A DNA stretch of 62,208 bases, counting the filler, from Asterionella formosa (Eukaryota): assembly GCA_002256025.1 (NCBI GenBank). It is 24 parts of 24 records of this genome, joined end to end, with 100 filler letters (N's around TTAATTAATTAA, not from the genome) between each part and the next. Parts side by side here need not be neighbours in the genome. Positions count along the whole stretch, not along the records: positions 20,837 to 23,333 come from NKIB01015189.1; positions 23,434 to 25,930 come from NKIB01015190.1; positions 26,031 to 28,526 come from NKIB01015192.1; positions 28,627 to 31,122 come from NKIB01015193.1; positions 31,223 to 33,718 come from NKIB01015194.1; positions 33,819 to 36,314 come from NKIB01015195.1; 18 more parts are not named here. One strand, written 5' to 3'. The position numbers and the translations under genes are program-made. Shown piece after piece: positions 23,148-36,313 of the stretch. How positions within the stretch are numbered: position 1 is the first letter of the stretch; the number at the start of each line of letters is the position of its first letter. The notes under the pieces are model-generated. The model made no database searches and was not told the DNA's origin. It saw only the letters and a program-made list of their open reading frames with translations.

Positions 23148-24660
23148 TTCAAGAGAAAAATCGTCAGAACAAACTCGACGCCAATCACAAAACGAGCAAG
23201 CTTCAAGGCCATGAATTATCATTGAAGACATGGAAGATGCATGTATCATCTGTTTCAAAGTATGAATCAAGGGGGTGTCAAATGGAACCATGTTGCTTTG
23301 TTGAGAATTTTCAACAATCCTTCACAAGATTCTNNNNNNNNNNNNNNNNNNNNNNNNNNNNNNNNNNNNNNNNNNNNTTAATTAATTAANNNNNNNNNNN
23401 NNNNNNNNNNNNNNNNNNNNNNNNNNNNNNNNNGCTGGACAAGAGAGTTGATTGGAGGTCCAAGGCTGGACCCTAGAGCGGGTCTCTTTGTAGCATGTGG
23501 AATGCATCAATTAGCGGATCCAATGTGTAATGCATAGTTGTTTTTCTTTGCTTGTGATATGATGCTGCCAATTGTGGAGAAAATTATTTGTATTTTGGAA
23601 TACAAGTTGCTTCTGGCTTCCACTTCTTTCCAGTTGTTGCACTATTAACAAATACTTTTTCAAATGTTTTGATTTGATCAAATCTTGTCTCCTTGTTTTA
23701 CTAGTATGCATGACAAACAAATATTGCTTCCTCAATGGAACAATTTTCATTATACCTTCTGGGGTTGCGGACTTGGCAAGAATTGAAATCCATTTGTAAA
23801 TGTTCTCCATTCATAACCAGCTCCTCGGAGTTTCTGTTCTTACCATGAACCCAAAAACTGCATCAAACATTTTGATAGACGAGAGGTTCCCTAAATCTTG
23901 ATATAGACTGGTAGATACTCAAATCTGGCATATACCACCCAGACTGCGGTCTACTACCTGAACGTACCAGGTTCGGGGGTAATGTAGTAGACGCAACCGT
24001 ATTCCTACTATCGGGTATGAAAACGACACAGATGCATGCATGCATGCATGATAGCGGGTTGATCGTGAGACAGAAACATGGTACCAGTAAGCAAGTCTTC
24101 TCACTTTCCACTTTGTCTGGGAGTTTTTTGTACCAACATTTTGTCAGTAGGAGTCGAAATGGAAAAATTCTCAATCCATTTCCAGAATTTTGCTTAGCAG
24201 AATACTGGGTAAGCTAAAATGACCCTCGGGGTTATTAATATATGTTAAATACTAATAAATGTACCTGTTGTACTGATACCGTTGTACCAGTACTGGTACA
24301 CTGTTAGTATAAAAAGTGTAATTAATACTAGCTTGTCATTTCTCAAAATGTCCTCATCAGTCATGAAACGTTTTCATACAAGAAGATCCATTATATGTAT
24401 TCAATATAAGTATATATTCCGATATGAGATATTGATAAATATCGGTAGATGATATGTGTGAATCATATACACAAAGCCCCTTTCAACACCATATTTATTA
24501 CTTACATGTATAGCGTAATGGTGTATATACAATGCAGGGCATATGTACAAACCTATTTTATGATGGACAAAAGTTCCGGCATCATCATGGTGATGATTTC
24601 ATGTAGAACTCAGCGACATCAGTTGGTAGAGAAATTATTTCGGGTACTAACTGTGATATG

Positions 24661-25715
24661 ATGGACAAGAGTCAAGAATTACAAACACGAGCGACTACAG
24701 GGCCCACCATTATCCTTGACAGTGATGACACACGGACAGTCTCAACAGAGGACGCTCCAACTGCCACCCCTAATGTACCTCCAACTCTGGTTGAAGATGT
24801 AAAGCCTCCAACAACAACAACAAATGACGCTCATCTTCCTTCCCCCGCAACTCCATCACCAAGCAGTAGCGTACCAACTGATCCCTTTTCTGATGTTTGG
24901 TTGAAAATGGAGAAAGCAATGAACGATGTAAAGTCAAGACCAATCGAGCTTCCTGTGGAATTCATTATTAGTTGTACAAACAACTTTGATAAAGACAGAA
25001 AAATTGGTGAAGGAGCTTTTGGTGTTGTCTACAAAGGCGAGTATGACAATCGGGTTTTTACTGTTAAACACATCGCTGATGATATTGCTGTGAAGAAAGA
25101 TGAGTTGCAGGAAAAGACCGTCTCTAACCTTACAAATGTTAAAACTGAATTGGAGGTGAGCTCATTCGTGGTTTCAAATATTGCATGTTTTTAAGACTTT
25201 ATGTTCCTCATTCTGCTGTCATACTGTTTTAGGCATTAAAGAGATTCCGACACCCCAATATTGTATCCTTGTATGGATATCATTTGTCCCCTGATTCGTC
25301 TAATCAATATCTGGTGTATGAGTATGCATCCAAGGGTTCTCTTGATAAATTTTATGCGAGTGAACGAAGGAGAGCAATTCTCTCAAGTGAGATCCGACTT
25401 CGAATCATGTTTGACATGATTCGTGCCATCCACTTCCTTCATACTGAGAAAAGTGACAACTTCATTCTTTTTCATCATGACATAAAATCGGCTAACATCT
25501 GGCTTTTAAACAACTATACTTCCAAGCTGATTGATTGTGGCCTAGCCAAGTTTGTGCCTGTCGATGACTCAATTTCTACCGATGCAATTTAGAGCGCAGT
25601 TCGGAATTCATCCAATGGTGTAGTCTTTGGGACACCTGGCTACATATGTTCATGGTATTCGACGGGAAATAAAACATTTGAAGCATCATGTGATGTTTAC
25701 TCATTTGGCATTGTT
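24661..25715 (+). pseudogene. IRAK/Pelle-like (TKL) protein kinase pseudogene, 2 exons (intron 25156-25232)
   Basis: Motifs are IGEGAFGVVYKG, spliced ELE/ALKRFRHPNIV, HHDIKSANI, DCGLAK, GTPGY and DVYSFGIV. There is a premature TAG at 25590-25592 and truncation after subdomain IX. Confidence 0.85.
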
Positions 25716-26528
25716 GATAAATACGGGAACGAGATTGCTCGGGTTCTCCGGGTAATTGGTGACTTACTGCTTACTGCAACTGATGAATCAGATATCCACA
25801 GTATTGATGGGTACTGGTACAACGTGGTTGTACCATCTACGTAGATACATACTAACCTAGTAAAAAGTACTGCTGGAACGGCCTCAAGTCACAACTTGTT
25901 GGACCTACCATTACAGCAGGGCACTAACAGNNNNNNNNNNNNNNNNNNNNNNNNNNNNNNNNNNNNNNNNNNNNTTAATTAATTAANNNNNNNNNNNNNN
26001 NNNNNNNNNNNNNNNNNNNNNNNNNNNNNNCCAGCATAAATATACCGGTAACAGTCAAGTGTTTTTGGTTCCGCCGTCGTATGTACCGTTAGACCGTTTG
26101 TGAGGATGCATTTTGTATGAACGACCATCAGGTAATCAGCCATCCTCAGGAAAGCAGCAGCCAACAAGACAATGAGTTGCCATGTTATCGCCCGTCCGTC
26201 GCTCCACCAAAGTTCAATGAGCTGACGTCACTGGTACCGCCAAAGATTTCGTGGCTATCCATGAGTCTTTTGGGGTTTGAATGATGTTGCACTGTACCAG
26301 TCAGTACCGTGCCTGGTGCCTGGTACCTAAGGGCCTGTCGGTATGTACCTGATTGTACTGTGCCGGTGCGTAGATGTATGTACAGGCTATACTGTTGAAA
26401 CTTTCGGCAGATTCGCTCCAGTTGGAATGGTTGCGGTCAGCCTTCAGCCATTCATCGTCTGTTCACTCCTGCTCGCCCCTAACGGTACTCATCACCGTCA
26501 CAGTCTGCTATAAATTAACCTATCCACC

Positions 26529-28484
<1,956 letters not shown>

Positions 28485-28769
28485 AACATTAACATTTAAT
28501 TTATAAAAGGCGAGGTAGAGATATACNNNNNNNNNNNNNNNNNNNNNNNNNNNNNNNNNNNNNNNNNNNNTTAATTAATTAANNNNNNNNNNNNNNNNNN
28601 NNNNNNNNNNNNNNNNNNNNNNNNNNGGGGGGGGTCCAGCAGGACAATGAAGTATACGGTATTCTGGTAAGCCTTGGTAGTCTTCTACTGAGGACAGATA
28701 ATGCCTCCGAGGTATTGGCAAATATTTACGTGGTCAGTATTAGATATGAACCAGCTCAAAATTCTACCA

Positions 28770-29959
28770 GGTAGAATTTTTTGTCTTGTTTTGGTAGTAT
28801 ATTCTACGAATCATAATAACTAGGTTAGGGTTAACAGTGATATTTTATTTTCAAGAAAATTCTTTGCTCATGAGTGGTTCACTTGGAGCAGTTTTATTGG
28901 TCTTTGCTGCACTTAACAATGCTATTTTACTTCACTTCAAGATTAGCGATTGGAATCTTCAAGTATGGTTTGTTGGTGTGCTGGGTATAATTTAGTACTC
29001 AACAGGAAAGGCTATGCTCCCAGATCCAAAGATTCACCCCTGATACACTCGCAACCTCTTTGCCAAGGTTGAAAACTGCCTTGCTTTCGTAGTTTGCAGT
29101 TCATATCCATTTCTATCCTGATATTTGGAATGGGTGTGGTTAGGGAAAAGTGTGTATAACCATGTACCATGCAAAACTATTAGCTTGTCCATGAAGGTTT
29201 AGTGGTGATGGCGTTCCTCCAGTTGTGGTGGTTCCAATGGACATAACAGCACCATGTACAGTTGGAAGTTGTGTTAATGTTGAGGGGAAAATTCAACAAT
29301 TAACAAGCAGGCAACAATTTGCAAATAGAGTTGGACCTCATTATGGTTCTGGCCTACAAGCAAATTTATGTAGTCCCAGCAAGGCTCCAAAGTCACAAGG
29401 ACTTTGTGAAGTTGGAATTGCAGAGAGAAAGTCCGCCAGGCTATTTACAAGGCTTGAGAGGGGGAATAAATGCTATTATTATCGGGTAAGTTACAGAGCA
29501 GATTACCGGAAGTTGTGGTTACAGTGCTCATACAATGATCAACAGAATATATGAGGCATATTGTCAAGAACTTTCAGCGACCCACATTCTCAACAAAATG
29601 CTTATTGATTGATGCACTGGTGGAAATCCACAACTACGTATCTAGTTTATTACTACCACATTAAGTAGCATGCACACTATTACTTTCTCATTGTTTCCAT
29701 GTAATGTCATTCATTTGATTTGATTTGATTTACCCATGTGTTAATATGTATTGTAGCTAGGAGTACCATGTTATGATAGCCGAAACAAACTAAATGATCA
29801 CTGTACATATACAACAAATATTGCATTGCACGACGAAGTACCTGATACCAGGTACCTGATGGTCGTGCTGATGATATGCAAACATTCATGATCAGGTACT
29901 GGCTTTGTACACGGTGATAGTAAACTACTAGTGCACTGGCTTCTACTACGGGTAGCATT
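28770..29959 (+). mobile_element. Internally deleted, non-autonomous copy of the GCR1_C-type Crypton-like family
   Basis: The 5' motif matches 33093-33133 (reverse complement) and the 3' block matches 34731-34764 (reverse complement). The decayed coding remnant SKAPKS..EVGIAERKSARLFTRLERG..SAHTMINRIYEAY..ILNKML..GGNPQLR matches the ORF at 34974-35735. Confidence 0.8.
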
Positions 29960-30536
29960 TTCTATCGAATAAAAAGTGAATACCTATATAGTATTTGTAT
30001 GCATAATACCAATGACCATACTACCTGGTAGTAGTGTAAGGCATTACCAGGAGTACCTGGTACACCACACTCATTGCTCTGTTCACCACAGTTTCCTATA
30101 CACTGCTGTTTCACCAGATTTTAACATGAAAAAAAATCATATGAAAAAGTATTTTTACCTAATAATGACTTATAATTGTTTATTAAATTCGTTCATACAT
30201 TTTGCAGAACATTTGCAAGACACACTGCAACCATCATGAAATTTCCTTAAAGCATCCACAAGCATTTGTGCATTCTTTCAGATGCTTACACCTTCATTTT
30301 GACTTGCTATCTTGAGGATAACACAAAGCATGAGCTTGCTGCATACTTATTTTTCAATAATTTTCACTAACGAAAGTTCCATCAAGGATTGCTTGTCTCT
30401 TTTCATTCAAATACAGTGAAATGACTGCCTCATTTGGATGAACAATGTATCTTTCTTGAGATATAGTAATCAAGAATCAATTAACGCTCTTCTTTTGTCA
30501 AATTACACTTGTTAAGATTAAGCTGTGGCAAAAATT

Positions 30537-30613
30537 GGGGGGGGGNNNNNNNNNNCCACCCCCCCGCCCCCCCCCCCCCCCCCCCCCCCCCCGGCCCCCC
30601 CCCCCCCCCCCCC
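30537..30613. other. Poly-G/poly-C tract with an internal N gap (low-quality region)
   Basis: Homopolymer runs flank 10 Ns. Confidence 0.8.
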
Positions 30614-31222
30614 CTCAGCAGGCATCTGCATGATTCTTGAGACGGGCAAAAGTGAAAATCGAAAGGCCCAAAACATTTTTTAAACTTTGTTGCCAATTTT
30701 GAATTAACAAAATTCATAGGTCGAAACCTTCTTGAATGGCGCACATTCCCTGAGCCAGAGAAAATTGTAAGAGTCGAAATGGCCCCGGAGAAATTTCAAG
30801 ATTTGACGCGATTGTTTTCGCCCAGCAGAGGAAGTATCTGGCACTCCATAGTGAGAAAGATCTGGCAATTGAGAAATGTAGCTGTTGTTTTCCAAGAGTA
30901 AAAACCTTGATTTTACTTGACTTAAATTCCCTGGTCCTGATGGTACCTAGTGTCTGGAACCATTTCAAAATATATGCAAAATTCTAGTATATATATGTTA
31001 AAGTATTACCTTTTGTATAGATCTATATCGTTAGACAAAGAAGACTATAGATAGAGACGTTCGTTTCTCTTTCCGTTTCTATATTCTTATTGTGAGTTTA
31101 CTAATCTAGTTTAGGTTGTTCTNNNNNNNNNNNNNNNNNNNNNNNNNNNNNNNNNNNNNNNNNNNNTTAATTAATTAANNNNNNNNNNNNNNNNNNNNNN
31201 NNNNNNNNNNNNNNNNNNNNNN

Positions 31223-31540
31223 TTATCTTTCATTTCAGGATCATGTGGTACCGGTAGGCATAACAAGGAACCTCTAAACATGATTTCAAATGTATAGGCT
31301 ATGTATACATTTATAAAAATTTGAAAACGTATAAATATATAGACATAATTTTTATACTATCATCAATTAAGCTTATACATAATTCAAATATATACAATGC
31401 ATAAGGATATCATTGTTTTCCACGACCTGATGTCCTGTCTTTGAATTTTTCCGCATCAATTCTTGTACCTACAAGTAATTAATTTAATTAAGCCCCTCAA
31501 ATAGCGGGAGTCATACGAAATTTTTCATATGGTACAAATC
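31223..31540. repeat. Diverged member of the unclassified dispersed repeat family
   Basis: Shares ordered anchors TATACATAATTC, CAATGCA, CATTGTTTTCCACGAC, GCATCAAT and TAAGCCC..GCGGGAG with the other copies. Confidence 0.65.
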
Positions 31541-31605
31541 ATAAAATATTAACTGGTAGATGAATCGCTCAAATCAATCTTTATGATTTACAGATCATAC
31601 CTCCT

Positions 31606-32170
31606 GGTTAGAAATGATTGCCAATAAATAAGATCACAGATGACAATTTTTAGCTTTTTTGATCTCACTTTTAACATGAATATATCTTACTACTAAAAAA
31701 TTACAGATCATTCATTGGTTAGATAAGATTGCCAATAAATAAGATCACAGATACCAATTTGTAACTTTTTAAATCTTACTTTTAACATGAATATATCTTA
31801 CTACTTATCATACTTTCTGGTTAGATATGATTGCCAATAAATAAGATCACAGATAACAACTTTTAGCTCGTTTGATCTTACTTTTAACCTAAGTACGAGG
31901 TGACAATAGCTAGATATCAATGTCACCTTGTTTGTACGAGAACAACGTGTTATTGCGTCCCCTCCATCACCAATAGACGATACCAATGTCATCACCTTGT
32001 TGTCTGTACAAGAACATGTTGTAGCCTGAGTACGAGGTGACAATAGATACCAATGTCACGTTGTTTGTACGCAAAAGTGTTATTGCGTCCCCTTCATCAC
32101 CAACAGATACCAATTCCACATTGTTGTACGACTACGTGATATTGCGTACCCTCAATCACCTTTAGATACC
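31606..32170. repeat. Two adjacent imperfect tandem arrays
   Basis: Three units of about 100 bp (GGTTAGA..GATTGCCAATAAATAAGATCACAGAT..CTTTTAAC) are followed by units built on GTACGAGGTGACAATAG, GATACCAATGTCAC and TATTGCGTCCCC. Confidence 0.85.
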
Positions 32171-32719
32171 GGTATACCAAAGTCACTCCCTAACCCTATT
32201 CCTATCATGGGCATGATTCAAATTCAAATCAATCGTATGCATACTGGTATGTACATTTACATGTAAAAATATGTATGCTACATATATACTGGTAGGTATC
32301 CCGGTGATGGGCATGATTAAAATTAAAATCAATCGTGTACATACGTTTACAAACAAAAATATGTCCAACATATTGGTACTACCAGGGTACCAGGTAGTAC
32401 AATAGATGATACAATAGACAGTAGTACCTGGTACCAGTACTCACCCACAAATCAACTCGAACATGCATATGCATATATGCATATCTATAATGTCTTCTAA
32501 ACTATAGATTGCTACAGTAGATATGTATACATACCAATGTATGACTGTCTTACTCATGCAACATGCATTCAGATTGGGCGGTTGTTGATGTTTGCAGCCA
32601 GTGATGGTATACATACAAAAATACATGTATCAATATCGATATATATATACATACAATAATCGAATTTATATGATCATATGACTGCCATTATAAGATGCAT
32701 CACACAAATTAGATGTTTT

Positions 32720-33133
32720 CTATTTGCAGACGTAGTATTCCAGGGAAGAAGACTGGCCATGTGTTGGATTGTCATCATTGTTTGGATCAGGATGGCCATA
32801 GACTTTCATAGCCATCCATTTGTAGACATCCTCAGGTGTAACTTCCCCAAGTTCCTCTCGACTAAACTCATAGCTTTTAGAATATTCTATGCCATCTCTG
32901 TATGACATCACAGCAATTAGGACACTCTTGTAAACAGGGGATTGTGTAGGTTCATTCACTCTTCTTGTTGGCATTGTCGCCATATTGATATTTAGTTTAA
33001 TTTTTTTACTTCAATCCCATTTCATACCATGTTGTATCATGGTAGAATTTCTTGGACAATACCATGGCATACTGCAGGTTTTCATCGGTCCATTGGTAGA
33101 ATATTCTACCAAAATGTGAAAAAAAATTCTACC
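32720..33133 (-). mobile_element. 5' end and truncated N-terminal ORF (32720-32983) of a Crypton-like element
   Basis: YKSVLIAVMSYRDG..Y..FSREELGEVTPEDVYKWMAMKVYG.PDP..D.P..SSSLEYY resembles the N-terminus of stramenopile Crypton-like YRs. The upstream terminal motif is shared with 28770-28810. Confidence 0.7.
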
Positions 33134-33141
33134 CCCAGTAC

Positions 33142-33718
33142 TGTCAGAGTGTATCTGTTAGGCTGTTGATGTCGACAGGTGTCCGAAGACTAGGTAGTCT
33201 GAGGAATGTCTAAACGGAAATAGACAGGATTTATATAGCAGAAGAATCTGCAGACGAGCGGCGTGAGAAAGATCTTGACCGGTCATTCCAGGGCAGTACT
33301 GGAGCGCGCTAGAGTAGCGCCATATATTTCAACATGGTAGCGGGCTCGTTAGTACAAGTGGTACGAGGAAGAACGTGAAAACCACAGGTCGACAGTTCGA
33401 GTCCATCAGCAAGAACAGAAAGAAAAAGAGAGAAGAGAAAAAGAAAAACAGAGACGTAGAAAACGAGAAGGCACTATGAGAATTCCTGTAGGAAAGGATG
33501 TGTCGAGCATACACATTAGGATGATGTGGTATGTCGAGCATCAACAGGGGAGGGTGTCAGAGTGTGTCTGTTAGGCTGTTGATGTCGACAGGCGTGAGAA
33601 AGATCTTGACCGGTCATTCCAGGGCAGTACTGGAGCGCGCTAGAGTAGCGCCATATATTTCAACATGGTAGCGGGCTCGTTAGTACAAGTGGTACGAGGA
33701 AGAACATGAAAACCAGAG
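33142..33718 (+). mobile_element. Tandem TRIM-like miniature LTR retrotransposon (LTR-internal-LTR-internal, cut by the contig end)
   Basis: LTR1 33142-33334 (TGT..ACA), PBS-like TGGTAGCGGGCTCG at 33335, non-coding internal region of 220 bp, PPT AGGGGAGGG 33546-33554, LTR2 33555-33665 (internally deleted), and the same PBS again at 33666. Confidence 0.85.
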
Positions 33719-34973
33719 NNNNNNNNNNNNNNNNNNNNNNNNNNNNNNNNNNNNNNNNNNNNTTAATTAATTAANNNNNNNNNNNNNNNNNNNNNNNNNN
33801 NNNNNNNNNNNNNNNNNNCGAAGCAATGAAGTACAGCGAGGTGAACGCACATCATGTCATTTCAATATAATGTATGTAAGATAATATTTTATCCATTTCC
33901 AAAATGCACTGATGCCCACATCCCCCTTTGCTCTCGAAAAAGCTACTGCGAAACTTAGTCGTGACTGAATACAGATAGAAAAATGACCAGGGACTAAGTT
34001 CTCTTGGAGAATAATATAGCATACATTGTCCCTTCATGTTGCGTCACTCATCATCTTGTGCATCAGAGGTCGCAGCGCTGTGTAACCGGTAGGTGAAAGG
34101 TGCGAGAACTATCTACCGGTATGCTACATCAACAGTACCGCGGTACACCTATACCGGGTAACTGTACACGTCTATAATCATTTTTATATAACAGTACCGG
34201 CAGTCATCTTCACAAACGCCAATTTCAATCGAGGAGACATATCAGTTATTACAGTCATGTCCGTGACTGGCAGTTGTAATTTGCTCCTCCTCTGCCTTCC
34301 TTTTCTTGAATCGCCAGCCCAGCCACAACAAATTTGAAGGACTGTCAACTGCTGATCTGCCTGATATACTTTGCAAGTAGCAATGATCTTTGTTAGAAGC
34401 TGGCTGTCCACAGCCACATCGAGCGCGTTGGTGTGACATTAACAGTAGCTGTAACAGTAGCTATCATGACGATTGTGATCTTGCTTGCTTCCACGAAGTT
34501 CAAATGATAATGGGTGATAATTGAGTTGTGATACGTATAGGTACGAATATTCAAAACAAATGAATCGGTTATTTTACAATAGGTTGCTATTTCCTACTCA
34601 GATATTATGTAATATTTAGGGTCATACAACTCTGTTCATCGGTTTATGGTTACTGTAGATTGTAGATTGTCGAAGTGTATACTGTGCCAGTATTGACAAT
34701 TAATTCTACCCCCAATACTACCATTTTTTGCCGTAGTGAAAGCTAGTGCACTAGTAGTTTACTAGCATGACATTCAAAGCATGCACTGGAGTATGGTCTC
34801 GATCATTTTTGGCTTGGCAGTACATGTCAAATATTGCCTGTATGTAAATAGCCACAATATACCGGTTTATGCATGCTATCACATCATGCATGCGAAAATA
34901 AAATGAAGTCAGAATGTAAATTGTAAATCAAAGGAGAATGGAATGTAAGGATGTAGTAGTTTCTAAATAGTCA

Positions 34974-36313
34974 CTATGTAAATCTAGTTAGACGTAGTTG
35001 TGGATGCCCACCATTGTGGCGATCTTTCAACATTTGGTTGAGAATTTGAGTAACAGTCTTCTCTGGACCATATGCCTCATAGATTCGGTCGATTGCAGCA
35101 TGTGCAGTGGACCCAGCTCGAACAAGACCTGCCACTGTATCCCAGAAAACCTTGCGTCGATAATAGATAAATTTTGTCCTCCCCCTCTCTGCCCTTGTAA
35201 AAATTCTTGCTGGTTTTCGTCCTGTAATTCCAACTTCCCATTCTTGCCAAAGAACAAATAGTGTTTTTGGTGTCTTGGAAAGGCTACTATTGTAAACAGG
35301 ATCCAAAGCCATATTTGTTTGTTCGTTGTCGTTGCTTGCTTGGCTGTTGTTGTTGGTTCCTATGACAGCAACATTTTCGACATTTGAATTCGGGTTGTTG
35401 TTGGAATTTGTTATGCCGAAAGCAAAATTAGAAACACTGCCCCTGAGCATTTGTGCCGGCATCCGGGAAAGTCGATTCAAGCTTGTCTGCATCTTGCCCA
35501 TCCCTTTGGTCACGGTGCTTGTAAGGATGGAAATCTGGCTTTGAATCTCCTTCACCTCTCGTTGAATCTCCCTTTGCTGTGAGTACAGCCCAAGGAATTC
35601 GTTCTTGTTCCGGTTCCTCTGAATAAATGCATTGACGGCTTGTTGTTGTTGGTGCTGCTGTACGCCGCCTCCTCCATTATTTACTGTTGAAACTGCAGCT
35701 ACTCCTGTTGACACTTCAGCGACTTCTTCACCCACATCGTTCGAAAACTCATCTGGATCCCAGATCTCGTCAATGTAGAGTTCCGCCTCGCTCCATTCAC
35801 AACAATTAGCCGTTTCCCCACAGGATTTGTACCTGGTGGTAGATTACGTACAAGTGCGTATGCCATCTGGATCCGCTGTGTCAGCTTGCCTGGTAAGAAA
35901 CCCAGTAGACTTGGCTCAAAAGCCGCCCAAAGGAGTGGACGTGCCAGCGTTAGTGCCACATTACGCGGAAACTCCATGCATATATTTGGCACTACATATT
36001 GCAGAAGCCAATCATCAGACACACCGCTTTCTTCATTCAGAACATACTTGCATGGGCCGCCAATACAAAGGGCTGCCGCAACCTTGGCGTCTGGATAAGG
36101 TAGCTCAACATCAATGTAAGTGTCAACTTGTTCTGTGCGCCGTTTCCAGCGTCCACGGAAGGCAACATCATCCCGGGAGCAGCCATTTCGACGTGCATGT
36201 GTTGATGGGTACTTCCGAAGGCTGTGTGTGCCAATCAAACCATTGTTCATTCGTTTGAACTCACTACTTTCCCATACATCATCACGCAGAATTGTATAGG
36301 CCTTTCTTTTTGC
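34974..36313 (-). pseudogene. Crypton-like tyrosine recombinase, C-terminal half with a GCR1_C-like domain; one frameshift at about 35790
   Basis: YR motifs are GTHSLRKY (HxxR), RGRWK and VDTYID. The tail LSKTPKTLFVLWQEWEVGITGRKPA..ERG..YYRRKVFWD is GCR1_C-like. The frames join as IVVNG/EAELYIDEI. Confidence 0.82.

Noticed and set aside
23434..23860. Decayed coding-like sequence on the minus strand
   Set aside because: It has multiple stops and no recognisable motif.
30481..30744. Gly-rich ORF
   Set aside because: It is the translation of a poly-C tract next to an N gap.
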